Below, in pieces: positions 51,113 through 64,000 of a DNA stretch of 64,000 nucleotides (positions are counted from its first letter, which is position 1; every line of letters starts with the position of its first letter). Source of the DNA: Moniliella sp. 'wahieum' (Eukaryota); NCBI GenBank assembly GCA_003971905.1, contig RSEE01000002.1, forward strand, positions 806,001-870,000, given 5' to 3'. The notes below the pieces were generated by a model. It was not told the DNA's origin, made no database searches, and worked only from the letters and a program-made list of their open reading frames with translations. The position numbers and the translations under genes were made by a program.

Positions 51113-52166
51113 GATGCATGTGACCGGTCAGTGACCTGTGTGACATGTGATCCCACTGCACCAAGTACCACCTTCTTGGTCTTCTTGCACGCCTTTCTTG
51201 CCTTGGCTGTGCCTCGGTTCTTGGCTCTGCTTTCCCGCGCATGTGCTGGCGCATGCTCCTTTGCGCCTCGCCTCGCCCTTGAGTCCCCTCACGCCCCTCC
51301 CCCCTAACACATTGTATCCTACGCAATTCGGTCCACGCTCCGTCCTCGTTCGTCGATTCTGCAGTGCTTCTTGATCCCGTTGGGTCCTAGCTCGTTCGAT
51401 TGGCTCTAGGGCCATGCTTCTCTTATGTCAAGTTTCTGGTCCCTGTTCCCTGTTCCCTGTTCCTGTTCATGCGTGGTTTCGGTTTTTTGCCAGGATGAAC
51501 GTTATGAACTTCCCCCACCCCCAGGTTATTGTGGTTTTAGCCGTTGGCTTATTGGCTCTTGTCTGTTCTGTCTTTGTGATGGTGGTTTTGGGTTAGTTTT
51601 AGGTTAGTGGTGAGGATTTTTGGACCTGCTGCGACGGACTCGGCTTGCAGTGTAGTACTTGTCCCTCCCCACCGTGCGTTATGCATGTCGGCGCTATGGT
51701 GCCCGGGCGAAAAGCTTCTCCTTTAGTGGGCCTGGAACCGAATCGGACAGAGTACTAAGAAGTACGTAGGTCTTCAATCATATAGTAGTACTGCTGTATT
51801 ACCGGAGGCCCGATAGGATGAAGGCAGTCTCGCGCGTGTGTGTTTTGCGCATCATACTAGTCTTCATAAGACATAAGAGGTGGGATGTGGCTCTCTGGGG
51901 GTCAGTGCTCGAGCTTATCCACTGGGGTCTATTGTTGCTCTCTGGGTCCAGGGGCCTAGCTAGTGTGCTGGAGTTGGGGAGTGCGAGGCTCTTCCAGAGC
52001 TAAGGAGAGCTAGACCTCTATGAGCGTGTAGGTTCCGGGCCCGGAAGCCAGTGGAGTCCGGACCACTCACTGAATCATGGACTCTGAGCCACTGGTGGTC
52101 AACACTCTGGTCTGCCTGGCAGGGAGAGGTTCTTCATGACGTCCCGTCCATCCCATGGGCCTGTTT

Positions 52167-54581
52167 CTACCTGTACCGTTCGCAGCAAACAGGCAGATCG
52201 CCCTCAGCGTGTGCTGCATGTATGAAGGAGGGCGTCTTGCGTAACAATGGGCATGCGGGTCGTGATATGGAGAACAGAATGGGGGCAAGCGTAAGGAAAA
52301 TGGGCAAAAGAGGCGCAACCTCAACGATTATAAGGGAAGGTGGGTGCGGGAACAAACAACATATTAGGCCATCAAGACGTGCCAAGGTAGCAACTAGGCA
52401 GGTCTTGGAAAACGAGGGGGGGTGGGCTAAGGACAAGCCAAAGAAGCAGCCGAGGTAGACTTGCACCTCCAGCTCCTCCTCAGGTCCCCGCCCAAGCCCC
52501 CGCAGGTGGGGGGGCACGTGAGCGTGCGAAGCGGGGAGGATGCGGAGGTGGCCCGAGCAAACGCGCGTGCCCACTGCGGGCTCAGTAAGGTGGGCAAAGG
52601 GAGCGTCCAACGCCCCGAAGTTGACGGATGGAAAAATCAGAAGACAACAAGGTGGGGTGGCCCGCAGTGTCTTGGGCCACACGGGCACAGAGCTGGTCCA
52701 AGGCGGCGCGGTCGTCGTCATGGACCAAGTCCCAGAGGGTACGTTGTACCAGCTCTTCTTCCGCCTGGCCCAGCAGCTCCGACGCCTGGGGCGAGACGCG
52801 GATCACCTCGTACTCCGTAGTACAGACCAATTGACACGCCGTCGCCCCGGCCCGCTCGGCCAGTCCAACGGTGACCGGGCGTTACGTGCACCGACCAAGT
52901 GCGCGGGACAAGGAGCGGCAGAAGGTTGGGATAAGGCAGGATACGATACCGCAGCGGGCACGCCGCCGGGCTCCCAACGGTCATCGTACCCCTGCCCCCC
53001 GCCCCCGCGCTAAGGCCAGCTTGGGCGATGCACCGAGATGGTGAACTGGGCACATCCGTCGCAGACCCCGCTACACGGTCCTGCGAGACATGGGGCCCAG
53101 CACCAAACACGGGATGGGAGGTCGAGGTGCCCGGTAGCAAGAAGGTGGTGGGCTAAGACCCCGTCCAGGAGCATGGTAAGAAGGCAAGACAGTTGCCCAG
53201 TCGAGAGGCGACCTCGGCGACTTCGGCCTGGTTGGATCGGAAAGACGATCGGCACTGGCTCGTCGCCCATCGCGTTCCTCGCGCCCGCGCGGGGGCATGT
53301 GCCTCGGGGGCAGTCCAACGGTCGAAACGCCCCGGGGGCAAGGTACGTGCGTGGCTCCGTGCCGGCCGTACGGGAGGTGAAACGTCCGAACGTAATCGTG
53401 GCCGTACAAGGGGCGAGGCCGCCGAAGGAGGCCGAGACTCGCTGTGCCACGGATTGGGCACACTGCGGTGGCGTACCGATACGAGATGGTCAAGGGGAAC
53501 AAGGGAACGTCCCTGGGCCGATGGGGGTACCGAACGAAGAGGAGGCGGGTCGGTACTCGGGGTGCGAGCGTGGCCCCAGGGCCGTGCATAGGGGGAGGGT
53601 ACGTCTCGTGTCCAGGAACCACGGCTTGCGCCGCGACTTGCCGTTGTCCAAGACCGACGCAACGTCGGTTCCGAAGGACGATGGGCCAAGAAGTGGCGCG
53701 AGGGACTCTCGCCCATGGGGAAATACGGTGGATCGCCAGCAGGGAAAGGAGCAGGACGATCCCATTGGGGTTCGGGCAGCAGGCTAAAGCGGGGGGAGTA
53801 GGTTGGTACGGAGGGTGGTTGGACTCGACATCGGCATCCCAACTGGGGGAGGGGGGGATGGCGGAAGTGACAACGGTGCAGGCCTACTACGTGTTTGAAG
53901 CGCGGCGTGCGGCACACCGTAGGTAAGGCCAGTGGACGTGGTCGGGGGGAAACTACTGCCGCTGTCGCCGCCACCCCCATAACCGCTGATACTGCCACGC
54001 CCATCTGCCGTCCCACCGAGGGCCTGCGAAGGACGCCCATCGGACTGACCCTCAGGAGCCAGTAACGAGCGGTATCCATCATATGGCTCGTTAGCGTATA
54101 CTTACTTTGGGGCCGCCCACGCTTTTTATGCTGCACATCCACACAAGTCTCTGCCTTGTCGAGCATCACACATCGTCGGCACGGACGCTAAAGAGGCATC
54201 CTGTTAGTCCTCACCACCGTGAAGAATAAAAGCAAACAGAGGGATCACGTACGGCCAGATCGCAGGCTAAATGACTACGCTTGCAATTCGTGCATGCTTT
54301 CGCTACGCTTTGCCCTCTCCCTGAGCGAGTGGAAGCGGAGGTCGTGGTCGCCTTGCCTTTGCGCCGTAGGGCGGAAGGTTCCGAGCGGGACTCCGCTCGG
54401 GGTAGAGGAGGCTGGGGGAAACTAGGCCCTTGACGAGGCGAGGGGCCAGAGAACGAGGCTCGAGCGGTGGTGACAACGTTGGGCAGGAAATCGTCGTGAT
54501 AGGAGCAGATCCGATGAGGCGAGGCGAAGAAAGGGGGCAGCTGCGTTGAACATCGCCCGGAGTTCCGGGGTGCGAATGCAT
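52167..54581 (-). CDS. Zn(II)2Cys6 transcription factor with PAS domain (Ert1/AcuK/Rds2-like architecture); intron 54188-54252; 3' end approximate
   Basis: Spliced cluster VAKACTNCKRSHLACDLA|RPCRRCVMLDKAETCVDVQHKKRGRP; PAS-like segment VCTTEYEVIRVSPQASELLGQAEEELVQRTLWDLVHDDDRAAL (52582..52830). Confidence 0.85.
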
Positions 54582-57500
54582 GGTCTTGGAGGGTGATGGT
54601 GGGGGAGGTTGGAGATTAAGTGGTTGAGGGCAAGAATGATGAGGTGCGGATCGTGACTAGCAGAGTGGTCGCCAAGAGTAGGGAAAATGGGGTAACGCTA
54701 GATAGGTAACACGAGGGGTTGGGAACTCGAGTGGTAACAAAGTACAGGAGCAGGGACGCTCCCAAGGACTAGGTGATTGAAGAGCGACGTTCCGCGAAGG
54801 AGGATTGAGAGCTTGACCAGAGAACAAAAAGGATGGGCGATGGCTTTCGAATCTGACCCCAGCTCCCCAGTAGTGTCGGAGAGGGGGGGTGATGCAGTAG
54901 GGATCAAAGCCAGAAGGAGTTAGAGGAAAGAGGCCAATGGTGTCCGACGGGCTTGGGATGATGAGAGGGGTCCAAATTGTGAGAGGCGCCTATTGATGAC
55001 AGAGGCCGGGGAGAGATGGAGGAAATGAAGTGTGAGAAGCTCAGGACGGGGTGGGAAGCAAAATTGACAGATCCAGGGGGGGGGAGGGGGACTCCGGGGT
55101 TGGATGTTGACGTTGGTTGGGATGAGGATTGGTTGTTGGGTTTTGCCGCGCCGAGAGGACGTGTGCAGCTGGTGGCTGTGTGGTGGATTATCGGCTGGCA
55201 GCAACTTTTGGAAGCTTCTGGGGCTGGTGCCTAGCCTGATCGATAGGGCGCCTCGGGCCTGAGCCTCAGACGATCGATGACGCTTTTGCCCGCACGTTGA
55301 GCAAGTTCAACGTGTTCAACGTTCGTCCATCGGAACGTGTCGCCATGTCCGGGCTGCAGGATCTGAGGCCCGAGGGCTTGACCGTCGCTCGGACGGTGTT
55401 GGTGCCCACGTCTACGGGAAACGGGTGACAAAGAATGGGTGATCCATGTGCGAGCCTCAGCGCCTCAGCGCTAACTAAGCTCTCATCGGTGACCGGTGAC
55501 CAGGGTGCCGTAACGTGTGACATGTGACATGTGACGTACAATGTGTGATGCACGTGATGAATGATGTGTGATATGCCACACGGATTAAACGTTAAACGTT
55601 AAACATTTAAAAGGCGCCATGGCGTTGAGGTCTAAGGATCTACGATCTAAAAAGGCTTTAAGAAAAGGCCTGGTGGTGGGAATGGAACAGAGGCATCATT
55701 AACGTTTAACATCATTGATCATGCATTAATCTTGTTAGATCTAGCGGCTTCCTGCTGTGAAACGGCGTGTTCAAAGAAGTTAATGAGATGTGAGATATGA
55801 GATCTGAGAGCGACCGCCGGCCGGTGACCGGTGACTAGTGTCGACTAGGTGACTATAGGAAGTTGACCAGGTTTCGCTATTAGCTTGACGCGCAGGAATG
55901 TAGGCAGAAAAAAAGCTGTGATACATGATGCATGTACGTGTTGCATGCCTCTACTTCCACCCTCCTACCGCACCCACCAGAACTTCATCCGTTTCTGTCC
56001 ACCGCTAACGCTTTGATTAGCGCGTTAGCCTCAAGTCATGCTCATGGCTCAGGCGCTCAGCCTGACCACCTGAAGAGATCGATAACCCGCCTCACACCAA
56101 AGCACACACATCCCAAAGGTTCAAGCAGATCGGATCGAGATGTTGCAACGCATGGAGAGGCACGCGGTGCATGGTGCTTGCGGGCAACAGGATTGCAAGA
56201 GTCACGGAGACATTCGGACAGTAGCTACATACCACAGGAACACATATAATTTGCAGCACTCCAAACAGTAGGGACAAAGGAACGCTGCGTGTAGATCGAG
56301 GACCGAGTAGAAGCTATGGTTGCCGCAATAATGATCGGTTATACCCGTTACATACCGGCTACTAGTGGCTATACTCGTAACTAATCACTCTTTACTCCGC
56401 CTCCGTCGATCTCATCTGCTCTCCCGCATTCAATATTCATGGTCTCCGTAAACCGTGTGTGCCTGGTGGGATGACTCGTGACTGATCGCTGTGAACACGC
56501 ATGGTGGCTTGCATGTGATGACGAATGTGACATTGTTTTCATGTCACTCGCATGTCACGTTTTGTCACGATGCCATTATACACGCCACTTCCTAGCATCG
56601 TGGGAACACACGTCGGGGAGTTGGGGGCGTACGCGGGTGTGACCCAATCGAATGTTAATCGAGTTGATCACAGGGCGGAGTTACTCGTGACTCGCGTGAC
56701 TAGTTACGCGTTGCGAGCGGAGTTACGCGTTGCATCTGGTGTCGGTGTGACATGTGACTGCTGTAGGGACTGTGCGGGCGACGGGAAGTGGACTGGAGCT
56801 TGGAATGGCCAATTTAATGAGAAGGTGAAGGTGAAGGCGAAGCTTGAACTTGGCCGTGCTGGCAGTGAAGCTTAAAGGTTGAAGCTAATATATAATAGCA
56901 ACTCTAGTAGCTAGTAACTAGTGACTAGTGTGATGGCGCGGACGTCGGCGATACGAATAGTATGAGATGGTGCATCAAGCTTCAAGCTTCAAGCGCAATA
57001 TGCGGGGTACGTCACAACAACTCAATTAAACACGCACGAGGGAAGAGAATGATTAATGAAGTGAAATTGGAGGTCGGGGATATAGGAGAGTTCCAACATC
57101 TCTTGAACCTTGAACCTTGAAGCTTGAAGTCTGAGGCTGAGGCCTCAGCCTGATAAGCTCGCTCCAATTTCCAATTATGCATCCTGTGTCTCTCGCTCTT
57201 CCCTTTCCTTTTGCTTCTGTTATCTTCCCGATGCCTTCTTTTTCCTCCCACGAACGACCCTGTCTTTCCCCCCCTCTGACAGGACCTTGGTCTCCCTCGT
57301 TCAGCCCCGATTGTTACACCCACATGATCATACACTTTGTGTTACTAATCACTCCATTATGCCGGCCGTTGCCATCCCGTAGCCCCCTCCTTTGCCTGAT
57401 ATACTACCAAGACTTGGAGCTTCACGCTTCATGTGAATGGCGGACATTCGTGAGGGCGAAATGTGCGTCACGCCACGTGTGTGATTCCATTTCCAGATAT

Positions 57501-59027
57501 GTCGGAGGTTAGCAAAGATAGAAGAGTGAAGAAGTGATTTTGGTGTGACCAGTCAGATGTGAATTCACTGTGTTATCATGGAGGGCAGTGACTTGACTAG
57601 TGAACGTATAATGAACAGTGACTAGTGAACCCTCTGTGTATTTTGCAGAGGGGGATCCGTGTTGGTGGATGCATTCATTTCCTCTTATACTCGCATTTTT
57701 TGACACTGCAGCCAACTGAGATATAGTAAAGTGTAACAGTGAAGAGCTTGTTTTGTTTCGCCTGTGTGTGCCATAGAAGTTTCCCCCAACAGTAGTGTCT
57801 CGGACGAGAAGACTTGGATCCAATCGAGACACTTGACACACCCAAACTGAAGTATTGCGTATAGTAAAAAAACTAGTAAAGCTTGAAGCTTAATTGAAGC
57901 TCGAAGCTTGAAGGGGGTTCTATAATCGACGTACCAGGCTCGACGAGTGGCACCGAGAAGAAAGTCCAGGCCGGGGGCGCTGATCGCTGCATTGATCGCG
58001 CCAATATAGGAACCGAGTGACCATCAAATATTCTCTTGTGTGTCTCATGGATCTCGATCAGATATCTCGGATCCCATCAAGCATCTTACTTTTCACACCA
58101 AAACTCCGCTGGTACATCCTCTGATGGGTACTGCATGGTGACATGGTGGCAACCCGCTTCCTAGTGCCTATAAGCTTTTGCCATATTTTCTGAGCCTGTG
58201 TTCTTTGCGTCTGTTGACGACCACACACAGCATTATCACTGCCACAATAAGCGCTCACGCTTGTCTGCCCCCAAAGGCCTAAGGCCTAAACCCTTCTTCT
58301 CTTGGCCATCTCTCCTCTCAGGCCTCAGGCTGAGGCTCTATCCCTATTGGTTTGGCACGAACAAAAGCAGTCCAAACGCCGGACACACTGTATTGAGAGC
58401 GAGAGCTGGTGGTTATTATAGACAAAACAGCGCCTCTTCTTTTTGTCCCACTGCTTTAAAGCTCTGTAAACGATATGGATGCAGAGAGGGGTCGAATAGT
58501 GAAATCCGCGCGCAGATTCACCAGCTACTCACTCAACAACGGCAGGGCATATTTACCGGTCATGCAGGTCATGGGTGCGGCCGCTCGAGATGTGTCGCAG
58601 GGCCGCCGGCAGCAAGGCTACGCGTCCGGAGGGGGAATATAATGGTTAGGCTACTCAGATACCAGGCATCGTCCACGAGGGCATCAGCGCACACGCGCAT
58701 GCGCTTTGAAATTTGAACTTTGAACGGTGAGCGGGGTTGCATTTGCCGCTCCTGACCGCTGTGGCTCTCCCGCCGAGGTGCCAACGGCGGAGCGCGGGCA
58801 CCGAAAGGCCGAGAAGAGCCCGGTCATGTGACCTGGCGTCACAGGTGCGCCCAAGTAGCCCCGGCGATCCGGAGGCCGCGCGCCGGATGTGGAGAATATA
58901 TATAACACTCTGGCTCGACTCTGTCCAAGGGCACTTCCCATCAGCACATCTCGCACCCATCCTTTTCTCTTGCTCTCTCTCGCTTCCCTCTCGACCCCGT
59001 CATCGTACTCCTTTTGCTCATATCGCC

Positions 59028-59581
59028 ATGTCCGAGCTTTACTCCCTTTCTGTGCCTTGGAAGAGAGCACGTACGACTTTGCTCAGACCCAGGGCAAGGT
59101 TGTGCTGATCTTCACTCGGCGACCAAGTGCGGTTTCACACCGCAGCTCGATGGGCTCGGGAAACTGTATGAGGAGTTCAAAGACCAAGGCCTGGAGGTGA
59201 TTGGGTTCCCCAGCAACCAATTCGGGTCCCAGAACCCAGAGGGCGACGAGGACACTGGGTCATTCTGCCAGCTCAACTACGGCGTCCAATTCCCCATGGT
59301 TAACAAGAGGTATGCCCAAGCCCCCCCCTTCCCCTCCCACTCAACCCAGTCTGCTGTAGACCTGAACTCTTCCTCTACTAGCGATGTCAATGGCAACGAC
59401 ACGAATCCTGTGTTCAAGTGTTGAAGCGGGAAAGAAGGTGTGCTGGGTGAACGGATCGTGTGGAACTTTACCAAGTTCCTCGTCGACCGTCAAGGCAGGC
59501 CTACGCTCGGTATGCACCCACCACCTCCCCAGAATCGATCAGGCGACGTCCAGACTGCTGTTGGCCCAGCCTGTGGCGTGA
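59028..59581 (+). CDS. Cys-type glutathione peroxidase (Hyr1/Gpx family); intron 59310-59381
   Basis: ATKCGFTPQ, VIGFPSNQFGSQNP, FCQLNYGVQFP, DVNG, IVWNFTKFLVDRQG. The active-site codon is TGC, not TGA. Confidence 0.93.
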
Positions 59582-60049
59582 TGTTGCCCCCACCTTGGCA
59601 CTTTACCCCCGCGCCCTCATGGACTTCACGTCAGCGTAGATGCATTGGGGTTACGAATCCCTTTTCTCTGCCTTGGCATCGTTCTGGCTACAGCTAGTGT
59701 AGCTGCTGTGATTAGTCCTTTATTGACTCTCCCTCCCCTATTGCTCATGCGATTGCTTCCGAAGCCTGTCTGGATTCGTAGGTGAGGTGAATGGAGGAAA
59801 ATTTGGCAAACCACGTGGCCATCTAGAAAAGGGTAGTTTGTAGTTTTGCTGGGACAGGGACCGGCACACTGAAGGCTATGCATTAACGGGAACTTATGTG
59901 AGTTTTGGTTCGGTAGGGTGATGCCCCTCAAGCTGGGCAAGCTGATAGGTATGCAAGGTTTTGCCTCTGAGTGATGAATAGAGTGTCCACACGACGCTTA
60001 AAGCAAAGGCAGACATGAGGAAGCCAAGAGCATCGTGAGACCTGAGCGC

Positions 60050-60904
60050 TCCGCTTGAGTCATCGGACGAGGCAACTCCGGAGAGAATTGGAAGACGGGG
60101 AGGCCATCGGAGGATTTGGCACTTGCTACCGGGTCGACGGGAGCAAACAAGCCATTGGGAAGGATGGAATAAAAGTGGTGATGGGCCTGGTCGTACAGTA
60201 CAACCGCTTGGTGTGCCCACTCGGGAGTACACCGGCTTGGCGCAGACGGGCCACCCTTGGTTGGGCAAAGTCCTTCTCTAACTCGATCTCAACCTCACTG
60301 CTGCTTTCTGGGCTCAGAGGACTGTGCACATGCCTGGCCTCGTCGATGGTAAAAAGAGGGGCAGGAGTTGGGATCGTTTCTTCTTCGGCCGCGGTGGGCT
60401 CCGGAGTGTGCAACAGGGGATTTGGGGGGACGAACGCGTGGTCCCGCGGGAGGGAAGGGGATCTGAACGTTAAACGTTTCCGGGGCGATTTTGACGCCTC
60501 GGGAGGAACCCCGGGTGGTTCTCCCCAGCATGGCGAGGTGTGTGGGTCTGGCATCGACATAGGTTTCGCGCAGGACAAGTGCCCCCAGCATTGGGTGTCA
60601 CGACGGCAGTGGGGTCAATAGCCAGGTCTTTGTGCACCTGGCTGGCTCTTCGAGCGTCGACGCTTTGTGGTGCGCAGGTGCATCCTGCGGTGGCAGCTGC
60701 GCCGATGAGGCATGCGTGACCAGCCCTCGCGCCGCCACTCGCGCGAGGGGCCGCGCGAAGATAGGAGCAGGAGGGCGAAGGGCCAGAACACCAAGAAGGC
60801 GGGGACAAAACATGGGTTGGGGCGGTCAGTGGCAAGGAAGGCAGGCTGGAGGGGCAGGGGGGGGCTTGGGATCTGGCCCTGGCCTCCTGGATAGTGGACA
60901 GCAT
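60050..60904 (-). CDS. Hypothetical P/S-rich protein (fragmented)
   Basis: Overlapping ORFs 60470..60946 and 60126..60578 with plausible composition (SPRKRLTFRSP, SPESSSEVEIELEKDF); no recognisable domain. Confidence 0.3.
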
Positions 60905-61189
60905 AACCTGCACACTCGACCGCTGTACATATGACGCGCGCCGCACGGCCCACTCGCCGCACTAATTAGTTGTCCCTTGGCCGCTGCGGCGCAGCAGCAG
61001 ACCGTGCGCCGCCTGTGCCACACGGGCGGAACCAGACCCGCCGAGGCGGAATCACTGGGCAGAGTTGCCTGTGGCAGCGCGTCACGTGTGGCCTAGGGTT
61101 GCAGGATTACCAATCGAGCGCGGACGGAGGCGGCCTGTTCTGCGCCTCCATCGCCTTCTCTGCGACTTGCGACTGGACTGGTGGCTACG

Positions 61190-61518
61190 ATGGGTCGCAC
61201 CGAACATGTTGTCGGCTGGGGCGTCGCCGGGCTTACCGTGCGCGTCATGCAGCAGTTCATCAAGCGCCAACACCCCTTCAACAGTACGTCTTCGCTGCCT
61301 CCCCCCCCCCCCCCGCCCCCCTCCGCTCCTGCTGCCCTCGCGTGCGCATCCTGACCTGGCCCGACACAGGCATTGGCGCCCTTGTTGGCTTCACCGCCGT
61401 AGGCGCTGGCCTCGGCTGGAAGGTCTTTGATTTCACTGTCTGGACCACAGAGGAGATCAACAGGCAGAGGCAAGAAGTACTTGCCCGCCGTGCCACGCTG
61501 GCCGCGGGCTCGCTCTAA
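61190..61518 (+). CDS. Complex I accessory subunit, NDUFC2/B14.5b-like; intron 61284-61369
   Basis: Spliced 80-aa product MGRTEHVVGWGVAGLTVRVMQQFIKRQHPFNS|IGALVGFTAVGAGLGW..EEINRQRQEVLARR fits the W..FGL.VR..Q / G..GY / L.RR pattern. Confidence 0.7.
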
Positions 61519-62475
61519 CGCCCTTCCCTCCCCTCTGCTCCCCCATTTCCTCCGCCCCCAAACCTTTCCCCTACATGAGATGCATTGCACCCATCCAGCC
61601 AAGTGAGAGGACAGGGCAGACTGGGAGAGACAGCTGAGGGAGAACACTGGTTCACGAAGGAATGCGTCAAGTGGCGAATTGCTACAGGCGGCAGTCAAGG
61701 AGACAACGTCGTAACATTTGGAAGGTTCTTGCGAATGGCCGCTGGAGCGGCGCAGCCTGGCTCAGCCCCATTGGCCCCGCCAAGAGTTAGGCAAGGCGCG
61801 GCCCATTATAGACCAAAGAGGAGGCACAGTGTAAATGAAGCCGTTAGTTACCAAGGGGGCATAGGTGAGTTGCATGACGGCCCGCAAGTGAGTTGAAGTA
61901 ATACCCGACAGACGTCCTTTAGACGCAAGAACCCTTTGGCCCATTCTTAAGAGAAACACAAATGAGAGCAATGCCATGACCTAGGTCCTGGGTGGGGGAA
62001 GGGACGACAGTATCAGGCCAGGACAAAACCATCCATCCCCATGGTGGGCTACTGCAATGACAAAATCCAGAACCGTTGGCAATGTCCGGTATCGAAGTCT
62101 CCGGGAATTCAACTACGAGCATAAGCGTTTGGCACACCTTCAAAATAGATCAACTTGCCCCCCCCCCTCTCTCCTTCTCGATATGGATTGCGGGCCAGCG
62201 CCCCCGGGCCGGAAAGCATAGCGATAGCACCAGGAAAGGAAATGCAGATGGAACGGGCCCATAGGAGGTAGGTTCAAGTTGAAGCGTGCACTTTTCAGTA
62301 TGATTTTGTCAATGATGACCTGAATATGCACTTCTACTACAACTGCTCTGCGAAGTCAATGGCGGCACACCTTCATTCCTAATACATTGGACTTTGGGAA
62401 TGCGGGGTCTCCGAGCACAAACAATCTATTGGCCTCATCGCATTCCAGGGGGAGAAACAAGATAGGCGGCTGAAC

Positions 62476-64000
62476 TTAGTAGACTTCCAGCACCCAGCGC
62501 TCTTCTTCCTTGAGCTTTTCCAGGTGCTCTTCAGCCTGGGCACGGGTTAGACCCTTAAGTTGCTCCAAACTGGTGAGCACCGCTTCGGTAATGTCAGGCA
62601 CGGGCCAGGTCCTGGGCACGACACAAGGGTGGTTAGTAGGACAATTCAAACAAGAGCGAGGGATAGGAGGGAGGCGACGTACGGTCCACAGAGGTAGAAG
62701 TAACCTTTGTCCTTCTCCTCGGCCTTGATCAAAGCGTCGACAAGGGAGGCTTCCTTGATCGTTGCTCCCGAAGCAGCAATCTCGGGGGCGAGGTAAGAAG
62801 ACATGATCTGGGCATCCTCGGAAATCTTGTCCTGAATGTAGATCTTGTGCTTCTGGTCGCGGGAGAAGGCAAGTCCCAGGCGGGTAAGGATGCCATCTGC
62901 TTGGAACGCCTCCAGCTCTTCTCCGTAGAGGTACTCTTTGCTGCGGTAGCGCGAGCCGAAGTAGTACACCAGCGGACCAATAGGCAGACCCTGGGCTTTC
63001 TGCACCGCACGGGCTTGGAGGAAGGCGCGGAAAGGCGCGGCACCGGTACCCAATCCGGCCATGATGATCGGTTGCTCGGACTGGGGCGGGAGCTTCATGA
63101 CCGACGGACGTACCGAAACCGTGACCTTGTCCCCCGGACGAAGTTTGGAAAGGTAACGCGTGCATTGGCCATAGCGCGACGCTCCGCTCGGTGTCTTCCA
63201 ATCCACCGTGACAATCAGCAGGTGCACCGACTCGCCCACCGCAGCCTGGGCCGAGGCAATGGAGTAGTGGCGCGGCTGGATGTCCTCAATGTGAGTGAGC
63301 AGATCATTGACGGTAAAGTTGGCCAGCACCGAGGGGAACATGCGCAAGACCTCCGCGTACGTCACCGTCTCCACCTCTGCATACTTCTTAAACGTGCTGT
63401 TCCCTTCAGCAGACGCCACAAAGCGCAGCCACTTGGCCTCGTTGACGTTGGCCGCCTTGTCGGCCAAGACAGCGTAAAAGTTTTTGCCCGGGCGGCCAAA
63501 GATGTCTTTGCGTTGGAGTAGCAGCTGGAACACTGTGAGCGACTCGGCTTTGCCCCCCTCGGTCGGGATGCTGATGACCTCGTCGGGCTGGAAGCCGGTC
63601 CAGCGAATGAACTCGCGCACCTCTTCCTCGTCGTTCCAGCCGTGCACACCGAGAGCTCACCAACTTCGTAGGTAAGGTCTGTACCCTTGGTCGACATCTC
63701 CAGATGGAAGACATTACGATCATAGTCCAACGGCGTCAGGCGACGGTTCTCCGTCACCTCGATCTCCCACAGCTTCTCAGAAGCCAGGTCGGCGCGGAGG
63801 GAATCGGCCTTGAGGTCGTACGCTTCCGGGTACAGCCTTTGCCACGCGGCCGAGGCCCAAGACGCAGTCCGGGCGACAGGCTCGGCCACTGCCGCAGCAC
63901 GGTCAGCCAAACGAGCAAAAGCCAGTGTATTCCCAGTCCGTCAAGACGGAACCGACTTGCCCTCTTCCTCCTGGGCTGCGGCCAGACCAGCCGAATCGTA
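62476..64000 (-). CDS. MET10: Sulfite reductase NADPH flavoprotein (alpha) subunit, 3' part; intron 62612-62682; continues beyond the window
   Basis: VTENRRLTPLDYDRNVFHLE, DIFGRP, PRHYSIASAQ, RYGQCTRYL, IMAGLGTGAAPFRAF, EYLYGEE, LAFSRDQ, FYLCGP|TWPVPD, LKEEERWVLEVY. Confidence 0.95.

Noticed and set aside
16..64000. Many overlapping antisense and alternative-frame ORFs in the track
   Set aside because: Expected in GC-rich DNA; they are shadows of the identified genes and lack domain signals.

Overview
GC-rich, intron-poor eukaryotic DNA from a fungus, most likely a basidiomycete of the smut/Ustilaginomycotina type (inferred from short GT-AG introns with CTRAC branch points and from protein similarity by eye). 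Nearly every long gene is broken by single-base indels, which points to an unpolished long-read assembly. Housekeeping genes: PRP4, SHR3-like, CHC1, RPS15, SMC1, dynactin p22/p24-like, a membrane protein, MTR4, a G1 cyclin, a Nim1/Gin4/Hsl1-type kinase, a Zn2Cys6-PAS transcription factor, glutathione peroxidase, an NDUFC2-like complex I subunit and the 3' part of MET10. Two accessory intervals interrupt them. About 4-19 kb holds a gag-like relic, a decayed CMC/EnSpm-like transposase, an orphan gene and a 2.5-copy 3.0-kb tandem array. About 38-42 kb holds an RLE non-LTR fragment, an atypical tRNA and a dispersed repeat. The most striking signal is non-coding. Intergenic DNA is full of 7-bp-period micro-repeats that follow one rule with many different sequences: TNA-xy-y'x'-TNA-xy, i.e. 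A....T hexamer palindromes one base apart. Two copies of a dispersed repeat suggest these arise as insertions at TNA sites.
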